64,000 bases of DNA from Candidatus Iainarchaeum sp. (GCA_018304425.1 JAGVWE010000002.1:320001-384000); one strand, 5' to 3'. Shown: positions 8,898 through 18,843, numbered from the stretch's first letter. Numbers and translations: made by a program. The notes: generated from the letters alone by a model not told the origin.

Positions 8898-9896
8898 ATG
8901 GGGGAGCCGGAAAACGGCAGTGAATGGGTGGGCCAGGAGGCCCCTGAACTCGTGTGCTCGGGGCAGTGGCTGAACTCAAAGCCGTTGACCCTTCAGGGTT
9001 TGAAGGGAACGGTAGTGCTGCTGGATTTCCTGAGTTACAGCTGCGTGAACTGCATCCGCACCTTCCCGTTCCTCAACCAATGGTATGAGCGGTACAGGGA
9101 ACAGGGGCTTGAAATCATCGGCATCCACACCCCTGAATTCGAGTTCGAAAAGGATGCGGGAAACCTGGAAGCGGCCCTGAAAACGCATGGCCTGCGGTTT
9201 CCGGTCATGCAGGACAATGACTATCTTACGTGGAAGGCGTTCCACAACAATTACTGGCCCAGGAAGTTTTTGCTGGACCGGACCGGCAAAATCGTGTACG
9301 ACCACGTGGGCGAGGGCGCCTATGGGGAGACGGAGAAAAAGATGCGGGAACTGCTGGAGGTGAAGGGGCGTGGCCTGACCGGGAAGCCGGCTGGACAAAG
9401 CCTTTTCGCTGGGCTCTCCGAGCCGCTGACGGGGGAATTGTATGTCGGCTATGCCCGTGGAATCATTGGAAACATTGAAGGATATGAGCCAGACCATGAA
9501 ATCGAGTACGCGGAACCGGAGTACCGGGAGGACGGCATAGTCTATGTCAAGGGGACTTGGATGAGCCGCGCCCAGTACATGCATCATTCACGGGACACGC
9601 AGGGCAGAAACGATTTCGCGTGGGTGCGGTATACTGGGCGGAGCGCGAACGCCGTGATGGGCCCAGCGTATGGGAAGCGCTTCACGGTCTTCCTTGAAGT
9701 GGACGGCCACCCGTTGAAGAAATCCGAGGCTGGCCTGGACGTGTCATTTGACGAAAGAGGCCGGTCATTCGTGGAAGTCCGGCAGCCACGGATGTACGGC
9801 CTGGTGGGGGGTGGCATGCCCTTGGGGGGACATGAACTGAAGTTGGTGTGCGATTCCAGGGAGTTCTGCCTGTACACCTTTACCTTTGGCTTGTAG
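8898..9896 (+). CDS. Redoxin with DipZ-type C-terminal domain
   Basis: LLDFLSYSCVNCIRT, GIHTPEFEFEK, NNYWPR and C-terminal YTFTFG. Confidence 0.88.
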   Translation: MGEPENGSEWVGQEAPELVCSGQWLNSKPLTLQGLKGTVVLLDFLSYSCVNCIRTFPFLNQWYERYREQGLEIIGIHTPEFEFEKDAGNLEAALKTHGLRFPVMQDNDYLTWKAFHNNYWPRKFLLDRTGKIVYDHVGEGAYGETEKKMRELLEVKGRGLTGKPAGQSLFAGLSEPLTGELYVGYARGIIGNIEGYEPDHEIEYAEPEYREDGIVYVKGTWMSRAQYMHHSRDTQGRNDFAWVRYTGRSANAVMGPAYGKRFTVFLEVDGHPLKKSEAGLDVSFDERGRSFVEVRQPRMYGLVGGGMPLGGHELKLVCDSREFCLYTFTFGL

Positions 9897-9915
9897 TCAA
9901 CTGATGGGTTCCTTG

Positions 9916-9981
9916 CCGAGGTCAGCGACCGATGGGCAGCAACCGAGGTCCGCGACCGAGGTCAATGACTGAGGTCAATGA
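9916..9981. repeat. Degenerate 13-bp tandem repeat, 5 units
   Basis: ccgaggtcagcga / ccgatgggcagcaa / ccgaggtccgcga / ccgaggtcaatga / ctgaggtcaatga. Confidence 0.7.
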
Positions 9982-10528
9982 CCGCGTCGGCAAACAAGGC
10001 AAGGTCCTGCAACAGGGCGGAATCCCTGTCCTCAACCAGGGCAAGGAAGACGCCGCGCGCGTTTGACTCCCGCACCTTGTTCATGAGGTGCCGCACGAAC
10101 TTGGCGGAATCCGCTTCCTCGTTGTAGAGCAGCAGCGTGCTGAGAGAATCGAAGAACACCAGCTGGATTCCTTCCACGTCAATGGCCTTGGAGAGGGTTA
10201 GCTCCAGTTCAGTCAGGGCACCCGGGTTTGAAACGAACTGGACTTTTATTTCCTGGCTGCGGGGCGGCATCTTTTTCTCGGTGGAAATGGGTCTTATGGA
10301 CATGCTTTTGGTGATGCAGTCCACGAAGTAAAGGTTGGTTGCGGCGAGGGATTCCCGCTGGAACTGGTCGAATAATACCCTGGCAGACCGTCCAATGGTT
10401 GCATAGCAGAGACGGGGGTAGGCAGGACTGAACGCCTTGAGGAGAGCCGGAATGGCGGACGCATAGCCTTCCCTTGGAATGAGGAGGACTATGTTCTGGT
10501 TGGACTGGATTGCTTCAAGGGGGTTCAT
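9962..10528 (-). CDS. Inactive KaiC/RecA-fold domain protein (DUF7504/DUF835-like)
   Basis: YFVDCIT, PGALTEL, FFDSLSTLLLY and C-terminal FADAVIDL; no Walker A. Confidence 0.75.
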   Translation of the reverse strand: MNPLEAIQSNQNIVLLIPREGYASAIPALLKAFSPAYPRLCYATIGRSARVLFDQFQRESLAATNLYFVDCITKSMSIRPISTEKKMPPRSQEIKVQFVSNPGALTELELTLSKAIDVEGIQLVFFDSLSTLLLYNEEADSAKFVRHLMNKVRESNARGVFLALVEDRDSALLQDLALFADAVIDLSH

Positions 10529-10538
10529 GGCTTGCAAC

Positions 10539-10907
10539 CTATCCCAGCAGGCGCCGCAGCGTGGAGACGAATTCATGGACGCTGAGGGGCTTTTGCACGT
10601 ATTCCACGGAAGCGAATTGTTTGATGACGCCCCTTCCAGTCGTGGAGGAATCGGCCACGGTCAGGAAAACCACGCGAAGGTTCTTGAGCCTTGGATTCGA
10701 GTGAATGGCTTCCAGGACTTGCTTGCCGGACATCCCAGGCATGAACAGGTCCAACAAGACCAGGTCGAAGTCCCCTTCCTTCATGGCAGCGAGGGCTTCT
10801 TCGCCGGAGGAAGCCGCGCGCACGTCGCAGCCCTCTTTTTTGGCCAGGCCGACATAGAGGTCCAGGATGTCCCTTTCATCGTCCACGATGAGGATTTTTT
10901 TTCCCAT
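10539..10907 (-). CDS. Stand-alone response regulator receiver domain
   Basis: KILIVDDE, phospho-acceptor LLDLFMPGMSG, VFLT, QKP. Confidence 0.93.
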   Translation of the reverse strand: MGKKILIVDDERDILDLYVGLAKKEGCDVRAASSGEEALAAMKEGDFDLVLLDLFMPGMSGKQVLEAIHSNPRLKNLRVVFLTVADSSTTGRGVIKQFASVEYVQKPLSVHEFVSTLRRLLG

Positions 10908-10967
10908 GCGGGTTCAACCCAAGGAATAGGACGGCAAGCCTTAATAAGTTTTACGAAGCGGCTTCGT

Positions 10968-11456
10968 TTAGGGCTTTATAACCCGGTCGACAAAGGGTTC
11001 CATCTGGGAAAGCATGCCGGTTGCCTCTTCGCTGGCCAGACAGGTTAAAACACCTTGCACTCCCTTGACCCTGAGCATGGTGGTGAGCGCGTGCACGAAC
11101 TTGGCAACGGTTTTCTGGTCCCGGTAGAGGAGCAACACCGAGATGGAGTCGAACAAGAGCACGGGGCACTTTTTGGCGTCCAGCACCCTTGAAATGGCGA
11201 GCAACAGATCGGTGAGCGCATTCGGGCCGTCCAGGTAAAGCGCTTTCCCGGATGGAATGAACCGCTTGGCAACGGTTTGCGTGCACGCGTCGATGAACTC
11301 GAACTTGTTGTAGTTGATGTTGTTTTGCTCGAACACCTGGACAATGGATTGAAGCATCTTGGTGAGGGTAACATAGCAGACCGAGTCAAAGGACTGGTCG
11401 AGTTCCCTGCACGCGTCCAGGAGCTTCAAGGAATAGGCGTCCCCTGGCAGTGCCAA
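10968..11456 (-). CDS. Inactive KaiC/RecA-fold domain protein (DUF7504-like); start may be ATC at 11492
   Basis: CYVTLTK, FIDAC, PNALTDL, LFDSISVLLLY, FVDRVI; paralogous to 9962-10528. Confidence 0.75.
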   Translation of the reverse strand: MALPGDAYSLKLLDACRELDQSFDSVCYVTLTKMLQSIVQVFEQNNINYNKFEFIDACTQTVAKRFIPSGKALYLDGPNALTDLLLAISRVLDAKKCPVLLFDSISVLLLYRDQKTVAKFVHALTTMLRVKGVQGVLTCLASEEATGMLSQMEPFVDRVIKP

Positions 11457-11514
11457 GAGGACTTGCTCGCTTCCGGAGAGCTCCAGTTTGATGGTATTCC
11501 CCCAAAAAAGTCAA

Positions 11515-11557
11515 AGGCAAAAGAAAGAAAGGGGAAAGGGTTTAAAGAACCCCTTCG
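11515..11557 (-). terminator. Hairpin plus pyrimidine tract downstream of the major pilin
   Basis: Minus strand aaggggtt-cttta-aacccttt followed by cccctttctttcttttg. Confidence 0.45.
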
Positions 11558-11564
11558 TTTGGCC

Positions 11565-12047
11565 TTAGTTCTGGCATTTGCCTACCAGGGGCCTATCCCC
11601 TACCTGCACCTTGCCGGTGAGATTAGCCGTATTATAGGTCAGGCTGGCCTCGTAGGAAAAGGTCTTGGTGTCTCCCAGGTCCGTGCAGTCGTCTCCGGCC
11701 GTTGAATAGGTGCCGGAGACGCTGGCCGTCTTGCCCGCACCCACAACGGTGTCGGAAACCGACAGCGCGGTGGCCGCGGTAGTGGGGCCATCCAGGGTTA
11801 TCTCGGTCAGGGTAAGGGACTGCTCGGTGTTGTTGCGCAAAACAAAGGTGTACGCCGTGTCGTCAAAATCGTATTCGAGGACGGCGAAGGGGGAAGCGCC
11901 CCGCCAATAGGCCGCGCTCTGCTGCTCGGTAGTGCTGCCTCCAATGCCCGGCACAAAGCCCAGCACGCCCACCACAACCAATGCGATGACGATGACCACT
12001 GCCAAAATGATTAGGTACTCGGTTGTCCCCTGTCCCTTGAAATCCAT
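11565..12047 (-). CDS. Archaeal type IV pilin, probably the major pilin (class III signal peptide)
   Basis: MDFKG/QGTTEYLIILAVVIVIAL; own TATA (tttataaa) and GGAGG SD. Confidence 0.85.
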   Translation of the reverse strand: MDFKGQGTTEYLIILAVVIVIALVVVGVLGFVPGIGGSTTEQQSAAYWRGASPFAVLEYDFDDTAYTFVLRNNTEQSLTLTEITLDGPTTAATALSVSDTVVGAGKTASVSGTYSTAGDDCTDLGDTKTFSYEASLTYNTANLTGKVQVGDRPLVGKCQN

Positions 12048-12112
12048 TTCATTCCCTCCAAACAGAAAGTGGTGAAAAGTGATTATTGTAGGGCATTCAC
12101 GTTTATAAACCT

Positions 12113-13189
12113 TTAGGGCAGGGGCAGGACGACGGCCAGGAAGGCGCGGGCCAAAGCGAATACAAGGAAGGAAACCAGGAGTATCCCTGGAAAGTATTTG
12201 AGGCCCAGTTTGGCCTTGCCCATGGAGAGCACGCCCACGAAGAGGCTGGCCAGCAAAGCGTTGCCCACCAGGAGGAGCAGCGCCGTTTGCGACATGAAAT
12301 CGCTTGAGAGTTCGCTGGACGTGGCGAGGAAGCCCAGGCCGGTTTCGTTGACGGCTGAGTTCCGGGTCTTGGATTGAATGGATTGAAGCATGTCCAGGAA
12401 CTGGACTGAGACGGCCATCAGGCCCGGCGTTGCGACCATGACGATGAAGACCACGAAGATGACGTACATCTTGGTGCTGGACTGGAGTTCTTTCCTGAGT
12501 TCCTGGGTTTGCCGGATGTCAAAGGCACTGGATTCCAGGAGCTTGGAGAGTCTTCCCCCGGACTTCATGGCCTGTGAGAAAAAGGTGACAAAACCCTGGA
12601 GCGTGTCCGACTTGATGCGGTTGGAGAGCTCGGACAAGGCCTGATTGAAGGAAGTGGTGCCAAGGGATTTCGAGACCGCGTACCTGACTTCCTCGGAGAG
12701 GGGCCCGAACTCGGGGCGGGCCGCGGCCTGGAACGAATGGAAGGGAGTCATGCCCGCGTTGATGTTCGAGGAAACCAGCAGCAGGAAGTCCGGCAGCACA
12801 CCTTCCACCATCCGGGCCCTTCCCTCGATGAGGTAGTAGAGGTGGAGGAAGTAGAGCAGCAACACGAGGGCCAGGCAGGCCAGGCCGGCCAGTAGGGAAG
12901 CTAGGAGTGGGATGACCGGTATTATCAGGACCAGCGGTTCCCTGCCCAGGGGAAGGGAAAGGGGGAACTCGTATTCGGGGAAATACAGGAAGCCCAGCAG
13001 GCGGTAGGCGTTGTAGACCAGGAGGAACGCCGCGAGGCCCAAGAGGAAGGCGGCCAGCAGCCGCTTGCCCAGCCATTCGTCGGCGTCGCCTTCAAACGCG
13101 GCATAGTTGAGCGCTTTCCGCAGCCGCTGCTCCCTGAACTTCTTGGAAGAAAAATCAGAGAAGCGAAGGGCGAGGCCGCGCAGGATCAT
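12113..13189 (-). CDS. Type IV pilus membrane platform protein (T2SS-F/TadC-like)
   Basis: LPDFLLLVSSNINAGM, FGPLSEE, SGGRLSKLL; multiple TM helices. Confidence 0.88.
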   Translation of the reverse strand: MILRGLALRFSDFSSKKFREQRLRKALNYAAFEGDADEWLGKRLLAAFLLGLAAFLLVYNAYRLLGFLYFPEYEFPLSLPLGREPLVLIIPVIPLLASLLAGLACLALVLLLYFLHLYYLIEGRARMVEGVLPDFLLLVSSNINAGMTPFHSFQAAARPEFGPLSEEVRYAVSKSLGTTSFNQALSELSNRIKSDTLQGFVTFFSQAMKSGGRLSKLLESSAFDIRQTQELRKELQSSTKMYVIFVVFIVMVATPGLMAVSVQFLDMLQSIQSKTRNSAVNETGLGFLATSSELSSDFMSQTALLLLVGNALLASLFVGVLSMGKAKLGLKYFPGILLVSFLVFALARAFLAVVLPLP

Positions 13190-14073
13190 AGGTACACCCT
13201 TGGAATCCGTGTCTTGATGAAGCCGATGAGGGCGGCTTGGAACAAAAAAGAGGCCAGCACCGTGCCATAGATGTTGCTCGGACCGATGCTGCTGCCGGAA
13301 AGGGAGGAAAGGATGACCATGAAGGTGATGCCAAGAGTTGGAACGGCCGTGGCCAGCAGGAGGTAGAGCAGGATCCACAGGTTGAGTTCGGCCGCGTAAT
13401 CCTTGATGGACCTGAACTGGTGGTTCATTAGCATGGACACTACCGAATTCAGGGCGCCCTGAATGGAGGCGCCGGACTGCATGGAGGTAAGCAGCTGCCA
13501 ACAGGTTTTCTTGAGATAATCCGATTTTGTCTTGAGTGCCAGGCGTTCCAGGGCTTGTCTCTCGGAGAGGCCGGCCGAAACGTCTTTGACGACGCCCTCA
13601 AATTCATTGGACACGACCCCGAAATTTCCCTTGGAGGCATTGACCATGGCGTCGTAGAGGCTCACCCCGCTCGTGACCTGCACCTGCATGCCTTTCAAGG
13701 CAAACAAGAGGTTTTGGTCGATGCCGGCCGCCACCTGCTTGGCAAGGAGTCCGGGGTAAACGAGGTGGATGCCGAAGAACAGGAAGAAAAACAATAGGCT
13801 CAGGGCAGCTGACAGGACAACCGATTGCTCGGATAACAGCTGTTCTCGGACGTAAAAAATTCCTGCGAACAGCGCGAAAAAGAACAAGCCGTAGAGGAGA
13901 GCTGAAAGGAAGCACGCGGTCAGGTATTGCTCGGCCGAGACGGGAAGTTCGGCCCGCTTCAAATCATATTTCGTGTTGTAAAAAACGTTGGAAAGGGTCT
14001 TGCCAATCCAGGTCAGTCTCCTGGAAAGCCTGTTCGCGCCTTCCAGGGAAAAAAGCAGGAACCGCACGCGCAT
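13186..14073 (-). CDS. Type IV pilus membrane platform protein (T2SS-F/TadB/C-like)
   Basis: SGVSLYDAM, FGVVSNEF, ALERLA motifs; TM helices. Confidence 0.88.
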   Translation of the reverse strand: MRVRFLLFSLEGANRLSRRLTWIGKTLSNVFYNTKYDLKRAELPVSAEQYLTACFLSALLYGLFFFALFAGIFYVREQLLSEQSVVLSAALSLLFFFLFFGIHLVYPGLLAKQVAAGIDQNLLFALKGMQVQVTSGVSLYDAMVNASKGNFGVVSNEFEGVVKDVSAGLSERQALERLALKTKSDYLKKTCWQLLTSMQSGASIQGALNSVVSMLMNHQFRSIKDYAAELNLWILLYLLLATAVPTLGITFMVILSSLSGSSIGPSNIYGTVLASFLFQAALIGFIKTRIPRVYL

Positions 14074-14077
14074 GGAA

Positions 14078-15871
14078 TCAAATCCCCTTCATGGTGGCCG
14101 GGCCGGCATTCTTTTTCGCGGCTTCCAGCAGCCGTTCGGCGTCGGAGTAATAGGACTTCATGATGGCTCCGACTTCGTCTATGTCCTTGCAGTGGTTGGC
14201 CAGCATCCAGTTCAATATCAGGGCCTTCCCGTCCAGTTCCTGGTTCACCTCTTTCTCGGTGAGGCCGGTGTGGAGGTTTATCTCCCGCAAGAACTTGGTG
14301 GGCTTGTTGACTGATTCCCAGGCGTCTTCGCGGGGCTTCCACCGGTAAACGGGGTTGATGGACAATTGGTTGCCGGTAACGCCTGACTCTATTTCGGCCA
14401 ATTCATAGGTGCGGCGGAGGTTGGTGCGCCTATCCCGGTATTGCACGAGCACCAGGTCAATGGCCTCTACTTCCAGGGGGGGCACGCTGATGGGCGGTTC
14501 GGTCAACCGTCGCATGACCTGGGCCGAGGAATTGGCGTGGATGGTGCTGTAGACGCTGTGCCCGGTGTGCATGGCCTCGAAGAGGACTTCGGCCTCCTTT
14601 TGCCGCCGGATCTCTCCCACAATGATTCTGTCCGGCCGCATCCTAAGCGAGCTATACATGAGGTCCAGCATGGAGACCTCGCCGAGGCCTTCCGGGTTCG
14701 GGTTCCTGGTCGTAAGCGGCACCCAGTTCCAGGCCATGTGCCGGGGCAGCATGATTTCCCGCACGTCCTCAATCGAGATGACGCGGTGGTAACTGGGTAT
14801 GAACGCGCTCAAGGTATTCAGGGCGGCTGTTTTTCCGGATGCCGTGCCGCCAGCCACCAGGATGTTCAGCTCATACTGCATGGCCTCCCACAACAGGGCC
14901 GCCATCTCAACGTTCATGGTATGGGAACTCCCGATGAAGTCGATGACCGTCCAAGGACGCCGGGCAAAGCGACGGATGGTGAGGGTGTTTCCGAGCGAGG
15001 AAACCGGGAAAAGCGTGGCGTTCACCCGGTCACCGGTCACGAGATGCGCGTCCAGGATGGGGTTGAGGGTGGTGATGTCTCGCCCGACCTTCCGGCCAAT
15101 CAAGGCGGAGGTGTTCGCGATGGCCTCCTCGCCTGACATGGACAGGTTGGTTTTCAGCCACCCGTGCTTGCGGTGGTAAACGGTTACCGGGGTCTTGCTG
15201 GAATTGATGGCTATCTCTTCGAGGTCGTTGTCCGCCATGAACAACTCGATGTTGCCCAGGCCGTACATGGAGTGGAGGAGAAAGCCCGACAAGGCGTTGA
15301 GGGTTTCCTCGTTGTTTTCCCCCAGAAAGGACTTCAACTCGGTTTTGGCCACGTCGAAGAATTTTTTCTTGAGTTCCACGCTCTTGCTTTCGTCGGTTAT
15401 CTCGGTGACCTCAATCGGGATTTTTTCGGCAATCCTGTCCCGCAGCCGTTCCAGGAAAACCCGGGTGTAGACGCCCAGCACCGGGGTGTTCAACTCGTAA
15501 AGCGGCCGGCTGTCATCCCCTCCCTGGACGAGGTTGACTTCGGCGGGGACAAAGTCGATGAGCAACGGGTATTGGGCCAGGATTTTGCCTGCCGAAGGCG
15601 CGAGCGGCTCGGGCGGCAGCTCTTTCCGCAGGGAAATGCGGGGGCTCTGAACCATGGTAGCAGGGTATTCGACGTCCACGAGCCCTGCTTCCTCCAAAAT
15701 CTTGCCGACGGTTTCCACGGCAGAAGGGGTCCAGGCCAGTTCGGCTGCAATCTTTCCAAAGGCAAGCCGCTTATGGACCTTAAGCAGGTCAAAGAGTCGG
15801 TCAACCTTCGTGGACAGGTACACTGTTTTCCGTGCAAGGGGTTTCCTGGACTCAACGGCTGGATTGGGCAT
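14078..15871 (-). CDS. Type II/IV secretion (VirB11/TadA-like) pilus assembly ATPase with N-terminal extension
   Basis: Walker A GGTASGKT, SIEDVRE, RMRPDRIIVGEIR, His box TGH...TIHA. Confidence 0.93.
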   Translation of the reverse strand: MPNPAVESRKPLARKTVYLSTKVDRLFDLLKVHKRLAFGKIAAELAWTPSAVETVGKILEEAGLVDVEYPATMVQSPRISLRKELPPEPLAPSAGKILAQYPLLIDFVPAEVNLVQGGDDSRPLYELNTPVLGVYTRVFLERLRDRIAEKIPIEVTEITDESKSVELKKKFFDVAKTELKSFLGENNEETLNALSGFLLHSMYGLGNIELFMADNDLEEIAINSSKTPVTVYHRKHGWLKTNLSMSGEEAIANTSALIGRKVGRDITTLNPILDAHLVTGDRVNATLFPVSSLGNTLTIRRFARRPWTVIDFIGSSHTMNVEMAALLWEAMQYELNILVAGGTASGKTAALNTLSAFIPSYHRVISIEDVREIMLPRHMAWNWVPLTTRNPNPEGLGEVSMLDLMYSSLRMRPDRIIVGEIRRQKEAEVLFEAMHTGHSVYSTIHANSSAQVMRRLTEPPISVPPLEVEAIDLVLVQYRDRRTNLRRTYELAEIESGVTGNQLSINPVYRWKPREDAWESVNKPTKFLREINLHTGLTEKEVNQELDGKALILNWMLANHCKDIDEVGAIMKSYYSDAERLLEAAKKNAGPATMKGI

Positions 15872-15927
15872 GCGTTCCCCTTGTATTATTCATTTGAGGT
15901 TAATAAACCTAACACAGGGAGCAACGC

Positions 15928-17511
15928 CTAGCAGACCAGGTTGGGGTGGGGGCCGTAGGTGCAGGTATACGGGTGCGCGGTTTTCACGCAGGTTCCCTTC
16001 TGGCACCGGGCAAGCGTGTCCGCGGTGTCGCAGTCCGAGTCCTGGTTGCAGTCGTCTGCCGGGCAATCGGAGTCGTTGCCGTGGTGACAGCCGGCGGGAC
16101 AGGAACCGTTGCCGCTCACGCAGGCCGTGGAAACGGTGTTGACACATTTCCTTGGGGTGCCACGGCACTCGTCCACGGTGCTGGCCTCGCCGTCATCGCA
16201 GTCCGCGGGAGTCGTGCATTCGTCGGGCAACTTGCACTTGGTAAGGCAACAGACATAGGAGTCAATCGTGGCAATGACGGCAGACATGCAGTTGGCATCG
16301 GTGGGGCAAACCCTGCCATTGAGTTCGTTGCAGGTCTTTGGGCCGCCCGGAATGGAGACCACGGGTTTTTCAACGCTGTCCGCCTGCACGCCCTGGGCGA
16401 CGTTGGTCAAGCAAGTGGCCTTCCTTGACGCGTAGTTCACGGGTTCACAGGCTTCCGCCAAGGCCAGGTGCTCGGCCACGTGCACGTAACAGGAGTCCCG
16501 GGCCAGGAAAGGGTCCAAATCGCTCACAGTCCCGGTCTTGATTCCGGCGCATAACCGGAAATCGTTGCGCTTCACGGCAATCCTTCCAAAGCAGAAGCCC
16601 TGCTTGTCCAGCTGCCTGATGTCCTCGCAAACGCCTGGCTCGTCGCTGAAAAAGGCTGCGCCGTCCAGGCACTCTAAGCGGAGCCCTGAATGAGTGGTTA
16701 CCGGAATCTTCCGGCAGGTGACCGCGTTGCCGGTTTGGACGCCGAAGTCCTTCATGCAGGTCCACTCGCTGTCCTTGGATTTTGCCTCCTTGCAGGTTTC
16801 GCTGGAAGCAGAAGCAATGGCCTTGTTGGTGATGCAGGCGTCGAACACGGCTTCGCCCGAAACCTGGTTGCACAGGGAGTACTTGGACAGGAACTTGCTT
16901 GCGGCAAGCAGGCACTTGTCTTTGGTGGCCGGATCCATGAACGGGTCGCAGAAGCGTTCGTCCATGCGCTCGGCTTTCACGGTCTGCGTACAGGCCTCGC
17001 GCCCTCCTTCGGGCAGGGCGTTGCACAGGTCGATGAAGGGGTATTGTTCGACCCGCTTTTTTTCAAGGGGCTCCCGGATTTCCTTCACGCAGCGTGCCCG
17101 GTTTTCGGGGGACTTGAGGGTTTCACAGGGGAGGTCGAAGCCCTTCAGGGTCTTGCCCAGGCGGAGCAGGCAGTCGTCAAAGGAGTTCGAGTCCTGGATC
17201 CGGCGGCAAACCGATTCATCTGACAGGGTCAACGCGAGTTCATGGTAGCAGCGGTCTTGGAGGGCTACCGCACTAATGGCCCCGCATTTTTCCGGTAAGC
17301 GGGCTTGGACGGCCTTCGAAAAATGGCATTCGTCCAGGGACGGCATGTTTGGACAGCCGAGGGCAGTCAACTCGTTGCGAAGCACCTGCTGCTGGTCCAC
17401 TACCTTGGGTTCCTGGTAAAGGGGGCCCACGGACCCGGGTTTCTGGTAGTTGCAGCCCAGGAACAGGATGAACCCGAAAAGCAAAAACCAGTGCCAGGCA
17501 GGAAGGCGCAT
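15928..17511 (-). CDS. Cysteine-rich repeat lipoprotein
   Basis: FLGC lipobox; repeated roughly 25-aa C-x8-10-C helical units; Cys-dense C-terminal modules. Confidence 0.8.
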   Translation of the reverse strand: MRLPAWHWFLLFGFILFLGCNYQKPGSVGPLYQEPKVVDQQQVLRNELTALGCPNMPSLDECHFSKAVQARLPEKCGAISAVALQDRCYHELALTLSDESVCRRIQDSNSFDDCLLRLGKTLKGFDLPCETLKSPENRARCVKEIREPLEKKRVEQYPFIDLCNALPEGGREACTQTVKAERMDERFCDPFMDPATKDKCLLAASKFLSKYSLCNQVSGEAVFDACITNKAIASASSETCKEAKSKDSEWTCMKDFGVQTGNAVTCRKIPVTTHSGLRLECLDGAAFFSDEPGVCEDIRQLDKQGFCFGRIAVKRNDFRLCAGIKTGTVSDLDPFLARDSCYVHVAEHLALAEACEPVNYASRKATCLTNVAQGVQADSVEKPVVSIPGGPKTCNELNGRVCPTDANCMSAVIATIDSYVCCLTKCKLPDECTTPADCDDGEASTVDECRGTPRKCVNTVSTACVSGNGSCPAGCHHGNDSDCPADDCNQDSDCDTADTLARCQKGTCVKTAHPYTCTYGPHPNLVC

Positions 17512-17542
17512 GCACGATATACGGGTTTAGGCAATAAAAAGC

Positions 17543-18406
17543 TTAGCCCCGGGCCAGGACCAGTTTCCGGCCCAGGTTGAAGTCGGCCTGGGCATAGTTC
17601 AGGTCCAGGTTGGCGGAAACCGTCAGTGGTTTGGATTCGCTTGCCAGGGTGAAGGCGATGGCGATGCGGGCAAGGGTGGAGGGGTCGTCAATGCTGTGCT
17701 CGATGCGAAGCCCTGCCTCCGAACCGGCTATCTGCCCGACCGTGATTATCAGGGCGTCCGTGGAAAGCTGGGAGTACCGCAGGATGTACTGGTTGGGAGT
17801 GGTGGAGGAGAGCAGGCCGCTGGAAACGAAGGCGTTTACCGCGTTGTGGTCGCTGTAGCGAAGCGTGACATTTACATCGCCTGACCCGGTTGTCCAGGGA
17901 ACGGAGTAATTCAGGTCGTCGTTGACGAAGACATTGAGGTCCAAGGCAATGATGTTGGTGTCCCCGCCTGGAACGAACAATTGGAGGCTGTTCGCGTCCG
18001 TGGAAGCGAAAAGGTACTGGATGCCGTTGCTGAACAGGAGCTCGGCGTTGGCGTCCGTCATGGCCCCGGTATTCAGGTCAATGGTGGATGAAAGCAGGGA
18101 ATCGAAGCCGGTTTCCATGAATTGCTCCCAACCGGTTAACTGGCTTCGGTTGAAGCCGCTTGGAAGCCGGTCGTGGAGGGTGACGATGCGCGTGGCGGAA
18201 AGAGAGTTAATGTCCAGGCCTATGCCGAGGAGGCGGTTGACGTCGGCGGCCAGGTCATCCGCCACAAAGGCGGCTTTTTCGGCTTTGAGGGAGGCAGTCA
18301 GCTCGCGGGCAATGGACCGGGGCTTGGAAGAATAGTCGAAGCTGAAGGCCAGCAGAAAGCCGAGCAGCAGCAGGATGCTCAACGTGAATAAAAAGCCCCG
18401 CCGCAT
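17543..18406 (-). CDS. Minor pilin-like protein (class III-like signal)
   Basis: MRRG/FLFTLSILLL; overlaps the upstream gene. Confidence 0.7.
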   Translation of the reverse strand: MRRGFLFTLSILLLLGFLLAFSFDYSSKPRSIARELTASLKAEKAAFVADDLAADVNRLLGIGLDINSLSATRIVTLHDRLPSGFNRSQLTGWEQFMETGFDSLLSSTIDLNTGAMTDANAELLFSNGIQYLFASTDANSLQLFVPGGDTNIIALDLNVFVNDDLNYSVPWTTGSGDVNVTLRYSDHNAVNAFVSSGLLSSTTPNQYILRYSQLSTDALIITVGQIAGSEAGLRIEHSIDDPSTLARIAIAFTLASESKPLTVSANLDLNYAQADFNLGRKLVLARG

Positions 18407-18843
18407 CAGGCCTGCCTCCATGCGTCCACGCGTGCCACAAAATAGTTGGCGTCCAGGTCTTGGACGACGACGAACGAGCGGTGGAGGGTGACTAAATCGG
18501 TCGTGGTATCCCTGCAGCCATCCCGGGACACCACGATCTGAGCGGCGTTCAGGTCCGTGGAGTTAAAGACCTGGACATTCGTGCAGAAGCCGCCTGGCAA
18601 CTGGTTGAGGAATTGCCGCACTTGGCTGGAGTCGTTGTCCCTGACCAGCCGCTCCAGTTTGCCGGATTGCTCCAGGAGGGTGGCAGTGTCCAAGGCCATT
18701 TCCCGTAGGTAGATGCCCGAGAACGGGTTTTCCTCGATGCCGGCCAGGTTCGAATTGATTACAAGGAACAAGAAGAACACGACGGTTACGGCTAGGAGCG
18801 CGTCAAAGCTCAGGATGATGCCGTTCTTGTTCAGGTCCGTCAA
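18406..18843 (-). CDS. Minor pilin-like protein
   Basis: NKNG/IILSFDALLA class III-like signal; TTG start overlapping the upstream stop. Confidence 0.7.
   Translation of the reverse strand: MTDLNKNGIILSFDALLAVTVVFFLFLVINSNLAGIEENPFSGIYLREMALDTATLLEQSGKLERLVRDNDSSQVRQFLNQLPGGFCTNVQVFNSTDLNAAQIVVSRDGCRDTTTDLVTLHRSFVVVQDLDANYFVARVDAWRQA

Noticed and set aside
9916-9981. Repeat array as a possible mini-CRISPR
   Set aside because: 13-bp units with no unique spacers and no cas genes
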